The notes under the pieces were generated by a model. The model was given only the letters and a program-made list of their open reading frames with translations, was not told the DNA's origin and did not search any database. A program made the position numbers and the translations under genes. A stretch of 32,000 nt of DNA, from assembly GCA_963718915.1 (NCBI GenBank), contig CAVRAI010000015.1:990001-1022000 (forward strand), given 5' to 3'. Numbering within the stretch: the stretch's first letter is position 1; each line of letters begins with the position of its first letter. This DNA comes from an uncultured Chloroflexia bacterium (GTDB lineage: Bacteria; Chloroflexota; Ktedonobacteria; Ktedonobacterales; JADMIN01). Shown here one piece after another: positions 8,898 to 16,371 of this stretch.

Positions 8898-9404
8898 ATG
8901 AGCAGCCAACCGCCATATGGCAACTATCCCCCGCAGAATCAGCCGTGGCCAGAGCAACCGCCTGACCCATCGTATCCAAGCTATGCGCAGCCTGGCGCTA
9001 ATCCTCCGCCTCCCTCATACGGCGGGGCGCCCTATCCGCCGCCGCCGGGGCAGCAGCCAGGGACTCCCATGTATGGCGCGCCGAATATCTATGTGCAGCC
9101 AGCGCCTTATCCGTATGTCGTCGCCGCTCCGCCGGATCCGGGCGCGGGGCAGGCCGTGACAAGCCTCGTGCTGGGGATCATCAGCATCGTGTTCGCGTTT
9201 ATCCCTTGTTTTGGTTTCATCTCCCTGGTTACAGGCATCATTGGGTTAGTCATGGGTATCCTGGGGCGAAAATCCGCGACGAGGCATGGCATGGCGGTGA
9301 CAGGCATCGTTCTCTCAGCCATCAGCCTGGGGCTTACCGTCCTCTTCATCTTCCTGTACATCGGGCTGAACATCCTGACATTCGCGCTGCCTCCCACGCA
9401 GTAA
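8898..9404 (+). CDS. Pro/Tyr/Gln-rich DUF4190-like small membrane protein
   Basis: Low-complexity P/Q/Y N-terminus, then two long hydrophobic segments (LVLGIISIVFAFIPCFGFISLVTGIIGLVMGILG; VTGIVLSAISLGLTVLFIFLYIG). GGAGAG RBS. Confidence 0.75.
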   Translation: MSSQPPYGNYPPQNQPWPEQPPDPSYPSYAQPGANPPPPSYGGAPYPPPPGQQPGTPMYGAPNIYVQPAPYPYVVAAPPDPGAGQAVTSLVLGIISIVFAFIPCFGFISLVTGIIGLVMGILGRKSATRHGMAVTGIVLSAISLGLTVLFIFLYIGLNILTFALPPTQ

Positions 9405-9438
9405 CCAGTCAGTAACATAAAGCTACTCGCTATCTGGC

Positions 9439-9473
9439 TCCCCTCCCCGCGCCGGGGAGGGGTTCTATTTTTA
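9439..9473 (+). terminator. Rho-independent terminator
   Basis: CTCCCCTCCCC-GCGCC-GGGGAGGGG followed by TTCTATTTTTA, about 35 nt after the 9404 stop. Confidence 0.7.
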
Positions 9474-9549
9474 TCCCCACCTCAGCTGCCAGCCAACTTC
9501 TTTTCTCCTCAACATCTCTCCTCTCACCGCCGTCTCCGCAGCGGCGCCC

Positions 9550-9579
9550 TTGCATCGCGCGCTCTGCGCGGCATAGAAT
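9550..9579 (+). promoter_or_regulatory. Candidate sigma70-type promoter for the AAA+/vWA operon
   Basis: TTGCAT-18 nt-TAGAAT. The spacer contains the inverted repeat CGCGC-GCTCT-GCGCG. This would give a ~200-nt leader before ATG 9780. Confidence 0.35.
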
Positions 9580-9779
9580 GCAGGGCACGGAGGCATCTTC
9601 ATTCTGCCCCCAATCAATGATGTCCGCAGCGAACTGCATCTATGAACCGGGCCACAACCGTCACCCGACACACAATCCGATGTTGTTTTGTTTCCCCCGC
9701 CGAATGAGTACACCCGTGTCGATGTACCGTGTACGCACGAGAGCGGATGGGCTAGCATACCGAGGAGCCTTTCAATCGC

Positions 9780-11183
9780 ATGCCAAATAGCAGCAAGCCC
9801 GCAACCATTGGACAACTTCGAGACAGTGGCTATCGCGTTCTCACAGTCAAGGACGAGATGCGCCAGAATCTGATGCGAAAGATGCGCGCCGGGGATGAGC
9901 TATTCCCGGGTATTGTTGGATACGAAGAAACCGTCATTCCGCAGGTCGAAAACGCTATCCTCTCCGGCCAAGACATTATCTTGCTCGGCGAGCGCGGCCA
10001 GGCCAAGACACGTATCGCACGAAGCCTGATAAACCTGCTTGACGAAGAGACACCAACCATCGTCGGCTGTGAGATCAACGACGATCCCTTCCATCCCGTC
10101 TGTCGCGTCTGCCGCGACCGCGTGGCCGAGGAAGGCGACGAGACGCCGATTCACTGGATAACGCGCGAGAGCCGCTATGGCGAGAAGCTGGCAACGCCTG
10201 ACATTACCATCGCCGATCTGGTGGGCGAGGTTGATCCGATTAAAGTGGCTGAAGGGCGTTACCTCTCGGACGAATTAACGCTTCACTACGGCCTGATTCC
10301 GCGCACCAATCGCGGTATCTTCTGCATCAATGAACTGCCTGACCTTGCCGAGCGTATTCAGGTGGGTCTGCTCAACATTATGGAAGAGCGCGACGTGCAG
10401 ATTCGCGGCTATAAGATCCGTCTGCCGCTGGATGTCTTTGTGGTGGCCAGCGCCAACCCCGAAGATTACACTAATCGCGGACGTATTATCACGCCGCTGA
10501 AAGACCGTCTCGGCTCCGAGATTCGCACCCACTACCCGCGTACCACCGAACACGAGATCGCGATCATGGAGGCGGAGAGTCGTCCCTTTGATCTGGAGGG
10601 TATCGAGACGATCTACCCGGACTACATGCGCGCGATTCTGGCGGAGATTACCCATCTCGCGCGGCGCAGCCCCGATATCAGTCAGAAGTCTGGCGTCAGT
10701 GTGCGCGTCTCGATCACCAACTATGAGAACGTGATGAGCAACGCCGTCCGGCGCGCCATCCGGCTCAAAGAGCGCCAGGCCGTGCCGCGCATCAGCGATT
10801 TGGGCGCGGTGATTGCCTCGACGGCGGGCAAGATCGAGTTGGATACCATTGGCGAGGTACGCGAAGACACCGTCATCGAGAAACTGGTGCGACAGGCGAT
10901 CATCGCCGTCTTCCGTCAGTACTTCGATGTGGCTGAGTTCGATCAACTGGTTGCTGGCTTTGAGAAAGGGTTGAGCGTTCGCGCCTCGGATACGCAGTCC
11001 GCAATGGAATATGTCAATCAGATGTCGCGCGTAGGAGGCTTGAAGGCGGCTGTCGCCAAGCTCAACGCGCATGGCAGTCCGGCCACGGTCGCGGCAGCCG
11101 TCGAGTTTATCCTCGAAGGGCTGCACGTCAACAAGCGCCTCAACAAAGACGAGGTCGCCGGACATACACGCTACCGGCGTTAG
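9780..11183 (+). CDS. ChlI/MoxR-like AAA+ ATPase (Mg-chelatase-like family, function unknown)
   Basis: P-loop-like LLGERGQAKTRIA, Walker-B-like GIFCINELPDL, and sensor/arginine-finger region (VASANPEDYTNRGRIITPLKDRL). Immediately followed by a vWA partner gene. Confidence 0.85.
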   Translation: MPNSSKPATIGQLRDSGYRVLTVKDEMRQNLMRKMRAGDELFPGIVGYEETVIPQVENAILSGQDIILLGERGQAKTRIARSLINLLDEETPTIVGCEINDDPFHPVCRVCRDRVAEEGDETPIHWITRESRYGEKLATPDITIADLVGEVDPIKVAEGRYLSDELTLHYGLIPRTNRGIFCINELPDLAERIQVGLLNIMEERDVQIRGYKIRLPLDVFVVASANPEDYTNRGRIITPLKDRLGSEIRTHYPRTTEHEIAIMEAESRPFDLEGIETIYPDYMRAILAEITHLARRSPDISQKSGVSVRVSITNYENVMSNAVRRAIRLKERQAVPRISDLGAVIASTAGKIELDTIGEVREDTVIEKLVRQAIIAVFRQYFDVAEFDQLVAGFEKGLSVRASDTQSAMEYVNQMSRVGGLKAAVAKLNAHGSPATVAAAVEFILEGLHVNKRLNKDEVAGHTRYRR

Positions 11184-11184
11184 G

Positions 11185-13500
11185 ATGGAGTGCGAAATGT
11201 CCGCACTGTTCGATAGATTCCGCTCGCATCGGCCATTTCGTTATTCGCGTTGGGATGGCACGCAGCGGCTCGACGATCTGGATTCTGAGAGTGTGCTCGA
11301 TGCGCTCTCAGACGAGTACATGAAATCGGGCGAGTTGCGTCAGGCGCTCAATCGGCTGATGCAGCAGGGCTTCATGGGGCGCAACGGCGAACACCGCATG
11401 GGCCTGAAGGATATGATGGAGCGCTTGAAGCAAATGCGCCAGCAACGCATGCAGCGCTACAACCTGAACGGTGTCATGGATGACATCATGAAGAAGCTCG
11501 AGCATATCAAACAACTTGAGCGAGATGGTATTCAGCGGCGGCTGGACGACGCCAGCGGGCAGCAGTCTGGCTCGCCCGAAGCGGATCCGTCTGGGGCGGA
11601 GCAGTCCGGCGAGCCAGCTCAGAACGCCCAGGGGCAGGATGGTCAGCAGACTGAGGGTCAGCAAGGGCAACCAGGCCAGCAAGGGCAACCAGGCCAGCAA
11701 GGGCAACCAGGCCAGCAAGGGCAGCGTGGGCGATCCCAGCAGCAGAGCGGCCAGCGCGGAGAAAATGGAGAGTCTGGCCAGTCAGGTCAGTCAGGTCAGT
11801 CAGGTCAGGAGGGGCAATCGGGCGAGTCTAGTAGTTCAGGCGATCTCGATACCGATACCCTGCGCCGCATGCTGGAAAACATCACCAACCGCAAGCTGCA
11901 ATTCCTGAATGACCTCCCCAACGATCCCGGCGGCCAGATCAAGTCGCTCTCGGACTACGACTTCATGGACGACCAGGCGCGCCAGGAGTTCCAGGAGTTG
12001 CTTCAGCAGCTTCAGCAACAGGTCATGCAGCAATACTTCCAGGGGATGCAGCAGGCGCTCTCCAGCATGACTCCGGAGGATATGGCACGGATGCGCGAGA
12101 TGGTGCGCGAGCTGAACCAGATGTTGCGCGAGCGGGCCGAGGGTGGTGAGCCGGACTTCGATAGCTTTATGCAGAAGTATGGCGACTTCTTCCCCGGCGT
12201 CAATTCGCTCGATGATCTGATCGAGCAGATGGCGCAGCGCCAGGCGCAGATGCAGGCGTTGATGGAAAGCATGACACCGGAGCAGCGCCAGCAGCTTCAA
12301 GAGATGGTGGATAGCCTCATTGGCGATGATCGGCTCCGTGTGGACCTGGCCGAGCTTGCCATGAACATGGAGCAGCTTGCGCCTTCGAGCCGCCGCACCC
12401 ACTTCCCGCTGAGTGGCGACGAACCAGTGTCGCTGGCCGAGGCAATGCACCTGATGGGCATGCTCCAGGAGATGGATGACCTTGAGAATAGCCTGCGGGC
12501 CGCGCGCCGCTCCGGCGATATCGAGGGGCTTGACCCCGAGCAGATGCGCAACCTCGTCGGCGAGGAGGAGGCCCAGGCGCTCGACCAGTTGCAGCAGATG
12601 ATGCGCCAGCTTGAAGAAGACGGATATGTTCGCCATAGTGGCGAGCGTCTTGAATTGACGTCGCGCGGCATCCGGCGGATTGGACAGAAGGCGCTCGAAG
12701 ATATCTTTGCCAAGTTGAAGCGCGACGCCTTCGGCCATCATAAACTGCCGGAGCGTGGCTATGGTGGCGAGCGCGATGAAGACACCAAGCCTTACACTTT
12801 CGGCGATCCCTTCCACCTCAACCTCGAAAAGACGCTGATGAATAGCGTCAATCGTAACGGGCCAGGCACACCCGCCCGCCTGGATCGCGATGACTTCGAG
12901 GTCTACCGCACCGAGCTGGTCACGCGGTCGTCCACCGTCGTGATGCTCGATATGAGTTGGAGCATGCTGCTCAACGATCTCTGGCACCCGGCCAAGAAGG
13001 TCGCCATTGCGCTGGAGAGTCTGATTCGCGGCCAGTTCCCGCGCGATGACCTCCATCTCGTCGGCTTCTCGAACATGGCGCGCGAGTTCAAGGCGGAGGA
13101 GTTGATCGAGATCGGCGAGTGGGATCATGTGCAGGGCACGAACATGGTGCATGGGTTGATGGTGGCGCGCCAGCTGCTTGGGCGATCACGCGGCGTCAAC
13201 AAGCAGATCATCATGATTACCGATGGCGGACCATCGGTCTATCAGATGGGCGGCCACTGGGTCTTCGACTGGCCGCCACCTCCCGAGGCGATGCTTCAGA
13301 CGCTGCGCGAGGTGAAGCGCTGTACCCGCGAAAACATCACCATCAACGTGTTCATGCTGTGGGATGATCCCACGCTGAAGCACTTCGTTAACCAGATGGC
13401 GACGATCAATCGGGGGCGCGCGTTCTTCACTAGCCCGGACGACCTGGGCGAATACGTGCTGCTCGATTATCTGAGCAACAAACAGAAACGAGTCAGCTGA
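11185..13500 (+). CDS. vWA (von Willebrand factor A) domain protein with a long Q/E-rich helical linker; partner of the upstream AAA+ ATPase
   Basis: C-terminal vWA domain with MIDAS DxSxS (VVMLDMSWSM) and ITDGGPS. ATG 11185 starts 1 nt after the ATPase stop (alternative ATG at 11197). The ORF-track start at 11071 would overlap the upstream gene and is unlikely. Confidence 0.85.
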   Translation: MECEMSALFDRFRSHRPFRYSRWDGTQRLDDLDSESVLDALSDEYMKSGELRQALNRLMQQGFMGRNGEHRMGLKDMMERLKQMRQQRMQRYNLNGVMDDIMKKLEHIKQLERDGIQRRLDDASGQQSGSPEADPSGAEQSGEPAQNAQGQDGQQTEGQQGQPGQQGQPGQQGQPGQQGQRGRSQQQSGQRGENGESGQSGQSGQSGQEGQSGESSSSGDLDTDTLRRMLENITNRKLQFLNDLPNDPGGQIKSLSDYDFMDDQARQEFQELLQQLQQQVMQQYFQGMQQALSSMTPEDMARMREMVRELNQMLRERAEGGEPDFDSFMQKYGDFFPGVNSLDDLIEQMAQRQAQMQALMESMTPEQRQQLQEMVDSLIGDDRLRVDLAELAMNMEQLAPSSRRTHFPLSGDEPVSLAEAMHLMGMLQEMDDLENSLRAARRSGDIEGLDPEQMRNLVGEEEAQALDQLQQMMRQLEEDGYVRHSGERLELTSRGIRRIGQKALEDIFAKLKRDAFGHHKLPERGYGGERDEDTKPYTFGDPFHLNLEKTLMNSVNRNGPGTPARLDRDDFEVYRTELVTRSSTVVMLDMSWSMLLNDLWHPAKKVAIALESLIRGQFPRDDLHLVGFSNMAREFKAEELIEIGEWDHVQGTNMVHGLMVARQLLGRSRGVNKQIIMITDGGPSVYQMGGHWVFDWPPPPEAMLQTLREVKRCTRENITINVFMLWDDPTLKHFVNQMATINRGRAFFTSPDDLGEYVLLDYLSNKQKRVS
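11659..11811 (+). repeat. In-frame tandem repeats inside the vWA gene
   Basis: 18-bp unit CAGCAAGGGCAACCAGGC x3 plus a degenerate 4th (11659-11730) encodes (QQGQPG)n. 9-bp unit GGYCAGTCA x3-4 (11776-11811) encodes (GQS)n. Confidence 0.85.
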
Positions 13501-13561
13501 CCTACCTCACCCCCAGCCCCCTCTTCCACAAGGAGAGGGGGAGCCAGATGAGCGAAATGGA

Positions 13562-14314
13562 TTGTTTGTGACCGACGAAGCCAACAATCTGCCGGTCTTG
13601 CGAGCGGGAGTAGCCGCGATGGGCATCCCGCTCGACGAGGGGCAGATCGAGCAGTTCGTGCGGTTGCGCGCGCTACTGCTGGAATGGAACGCGCGCATCA
13701 ATCTGACTGCCATCACCGATCCGGTGGAGATCGAGACTCGCCACTTCCTGGATTCGCTCACCTGCGTATTGCCGCTCCCGCAGCATGAGCGCGCCCGTCC
13801 CCTGCGCGTGCTGGATATCGGCAGTGGGGCAGGCTTTCCCGCGTTGCCACTGGCCATCGCGTTTCCCCATTGGCGGGTCACCTCGCTCGACGCTACCGGC
13901 AAGAAGGTTCGCTTCCAGCAGGAAGTTGTCGCTACACTCGGCCTGGACAATGTGCGCCCAGTACATGGACGGGCAGAAGATCTGATACGACAACCTGGCG
14001 AGCGGAGCCGCTATCAATTCGTGACAGCGCGGGCTGTCGCGGCGCTGCCGACGCTGCTGGAATACTGCTGCCCATTCACCTACACCAGTTGCCGCATGGT
14101 GATGCCTAAGAAAGGCGACTTGATCGAGGAACTTGCCGCTGGTCAGCGCGCGGCGACAGCTCTGGGCGCGCTTCTGCATGACCCGATTCCCGTCACCATT
14201 CCACCACTTGACGATGGGCGTGTCCTGGTGATTGCTGACCAGATGCGCCGCTGCCCGCCACAATACCCCCGGCCCGCTGGCGCGCCGACGAGACATCCGT
14301 TGGGTGTGGGGTGA
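13562..14314 (+). CDS. rsmG: 16S rRNA (guanine527-N7)-methyltransferase RsmG/GidB
   Basis: LLEWNARINLTAI, VLDIGSGAGFPALPLAIAFP (SAM motif), and TARAVA near the C-terminal part. The start is ambiguous (TTG 13562, GTG 13568, ATG 13619). Confidence 0.85.
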   Translation: MFVTDEANNLPVLRAGVAAMGIPLDEGQIEQFVRLRALLLEWNARINLTAITDPVEIETRHFLDSLTCVLPLPQHERARPLRVLDIGSGAGFPALPLAIAFPHWRVTSLDATGKKVRFQQEVVATLGLDNVRPVHGRAEDLIRQPGERSRYQFVTARAVAALPTLLEYCCPFTYTSCRMVMPKKGDLIEELAAGQRAATALGALLHDPIPVTIPPLDDGRVLVIADQMRRCPPQYPRPAGAPTRHPLGVG

Positions 14315-14383
14315 TAAGCGTAAGGGTGAGAACTAAACTCTAGTTTTATTGTCTTTTATCCTGTTTAGTGGTATTTTCTGAGT

Positions 14384-14992
14384 ATGAAGCTCAGTACCTA
14401 CGCGAAACAGGTCGGCGTGACCTACAAAACTGCGTGGCAGTGGTGGAAAGATGGGCGATTAGACGCCTATCAGTTGCCCACCGGAACCGTGATTGTCCGC
14501 GAGCCGCGTTCGGCTCCGTCTGGGGTAGCGCTCTACGCGCGGGTAGCAAGCGCTGACCAGAAGGCTGACGGTCGACGCCAGTTGCAGCGGTTGCGGGAAT
14601 ATGCAGCGGCGCGGGGCTATCAGGTGGTAGCTGAGGTGATGGAAATTGCCTCGGGCCTGAATGATGAGCGGCCCAAACTGAAGAAACTGCTGACCCACCC
14701 GCAAGTAGGCGCCATTGTGGTGGAACATCGGGATCGATTAACGCGCTTTGGTTATGGCTACATTGCAACACTCCTGGAAACGCAAGGGCGACGTGTAGAA
14801 GCGGTTTTCCCAACGGATACTGGCGACGGGTTGGTCGAGGATTTTGTGGCGGTCATCACGAGTATGGCGGCTCGTATCTATGGCCGCCGCAACAGCAAAC
14901 GTCGTGCGGCGCAAATTAAGGCGTGTGTTGAGCGTGTCATACACGCCGAGCACGCCGAGCACGCCGAGCACGCCGAGCACGAGGAAGCATAG
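14384..14992 (+). CDS. tnpA: IS607-family serine recombinase/transposase TnpA (MerR-like HTH N-terminus), with an altered nucleophile motif
   Basis: MKLSTYAKQVGVTYKTAWQWWKDGRL (HTH); ALYARVASADQKAD (the family consensus is YARVSSxxQ); VVEHRDRLTRFG. The C-terminus carries an (HAE)4 repeat. Confidence 0.85.
   Translation: MKLSTYAKQVGVTYKTAWQWWKDGRLDAYQLPTGTVIVREPRSAPSGVALYARVASADQKADGRRQLQRLREYAAARGYQVVAEVMEIASGLNDERPKLKKLLTHPQVGAIVVEHRDRLTRFGYGYIATLLETQGRRVEAVFPTDTGDGLVEDFVAVITSMAARIYGRRNSKRRAAQIKACVERVIHAEHAEHAEHAEHEEA
14942..14977 (+). repeat. 9-bp tandem repeat CACGCCGAG x4 at the 3' end of IS607 tnpA
   Basis: Exact copies read directly. They encode HAEHAEHAEHAE just before the stop. Confidence 0.9.
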
Positions 14993-15000
14993 ACGGACTC

Positions 15001-16259
15001 ATGCGGATTGTACGCGCCTATAAAGGCGAATTGGCCTTGAATAACGCACAAATTACCGCCTGTAAGAAACATGCGGGCGCGGCGCGTTGGGCCTACAATT
15101 GGGGGTTGCGACGCAAGCAAGAAGCGTATGAGCAGACAGGCAAGACGCCAACGGCCATTGACCTGCATCGCGACCTGAATCTGCTCAAAAAGACCGACGT
15201 CCCCTGGATGTATGCGGTGAGTAAATGCGCGCCCCAAGAGGCGTTGCGCAACCTGGATACTGCGTTCTCCCACTTCTTCCGGCGCTGTCAGCAGAACAGG
15301 GCGGGAACGTTACGCGGTAGACGCGGCTATCCGAAGCCCAAGAGCAAGAAGAAGGGGCTGGGCAGCTTCCGCCTCGCCGGCAGCATCGTGGTGTTTCCCG
15401 CTGCCATTCAGTTGCCACGCCTGGGGCGCTTGCGCTTGAAGGAGCAGAACTATTTGCCCGTGAGCGGTGCCTCAGGCGTGAAGCTCTTCTCCGCAACGAT
15501 CTCTGAACATGGCGGACATTGGTATGTCTCCGTTCAGGTGGAGCAGGAACAGGATATTCCTATGAATAGCGGCCCAGTGGTGGGGTAGACCTGGGCCTCA
15601 AAACACTCGCCACGATCTCAGATGGCACGCGCCATGAAACCGTTACCAACCCCAGGCATCTGAAGCGTGGCTTGAAGAAAGTCAAGCGACTCCATAAAGC
15701 GGTCACACGCAAAGAGCAAGGCAGCAAGCATCGCAAGATGGCCGCCGCCAAACTCGGACAGGAATATCGTCGCGTTGCCAACCAACGAGCAGACACGTTG
15801 CATCAATTGACCACCAAACTGGCGAAAACCAAGTCAGTGATCGTGATCGAAGATTTGAACGTGTCGGGGATGCTCACAAATCATCACTTGGCGCAAGCCA
15901 TCGCTGATGTGGGCTTTGCCGAGTTCCGGCGGCAACTGGAGTATAAAGCAGCCTGGTATGGCAGTCGCGTCGTGGTCGTGGGCCGCTGGGAACCATCCTC
16001 ACGGCGCTGCTCACGGTGCGGGCAGGTGAAGGCAGAACTGCTGCTTTCTGAACGCACCTACCACTGCGAGGTGTGTGGCTTGACCATAGACCGTGATATC
16101 AATGCCGCCATCAATCTCGCAGCAGTAAAAATACTGGCCGACAGTTCGCCGGACAGTCAAAACGCCTGTGGAGAGGAACGCGCTGGCTTGCCGCGTGAGC
16201 GGCAAGTGAAACGATCCCCGGTGAAGCAGGAACCAGATACGTTGAGTGCTTCGGCATAA
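15001..16259 (+). pseudogene. tnpB: IS607-associated TnpB (RuvC-like RNA-guided nuclease family) interrupted by a -1 frameshift at 15582-15588
   Basis: ORF 15001-15588 has the TnpB N-terminus (RAYKGELALNNAQ...). Frame -1 from 15585 continues VDLGLKTLATISDG (RuvC-I Asp), VIVIEDLNV (Glu), CSRCG...CEVCG (zinc finger) and DRDINAAINL (RuvC-III Asp). One extra G in the GGGG run would give a continuous ~419-aa protein. Confidence 0.8.
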
Positions 16260-16290
16260 AACGGTAGATTCTGGAGAACGGTTTACCATC
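16150..16290 (+). ncRNA. Predicted omega RNA (reRNA) scaffold of the IS607 TnpB, overlapping the tnpB 3' end
   Basis: In characterised TnpB systems the guide RNA scaffold overlaps the tnpB 3' end and runs to the right end. Stable local hairpins occur here: CTTGCCGC-GTGA-GCGGCAAG (16186-16205) and TGC-TTCG-GCA within 16241-16262. The exact 3' end is unknown. Confidence 0.3.
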
Positions 16291-16371
16291 GCGGCAAAAC
16301 GCGGTACACTGTGGGCCAATTCCGCAGCGCTGGGGACCGCGGGATGCTTCGCAAAGACGGGAGATCCGCTC

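Larger units (their letters stand above)
14320..16290 (+). mobile_element. IS607-family insertion sequence (serine-recombinase tnpA plus tnpB); boundaries approximate
   Basis: tnpA/tnpB gene pair sitting between rsmG and a lipid kinase gene. The segment 14315-14383 just after the rsmG stop is AT-rich, unlike the ~60% GC surroundings. Exact ends cannot be fixed from one copy. Confidence 0.75.

Noticed and set aside
10275-13152. Long minus-strand ORFs (10275-11165, 296 aa; 11836-13152, 438 aa) opposite the AAA+/vWA genes
   Set aside because: These are shadow ORFs. The plus-strand products carry P-loop and MIDAS motifs, while the minus-strand translations are low-complexity (His/Leu/Ala/Arg-rich) and lack RBS or family motifs.
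14328-16279. GAGAAC hexamer at both IS607 flanks (14328-14333 and 16274-16279) as the recombination core or element boundary
   Set aside because: A shared 6-mer between two ~70-nt flanks is expected by chance about once. It is not used to define the ends.
16246-16371. N-terminal extension of the lipid kinase ORF overlapping the tnpB stop
   Set aside because: The extension lies within or next to the IS607 right end and has no kinase homology. ATG 16372, preceded by GGGAGA, gives a normal N-terminus before the ILNPAGNRG motif.
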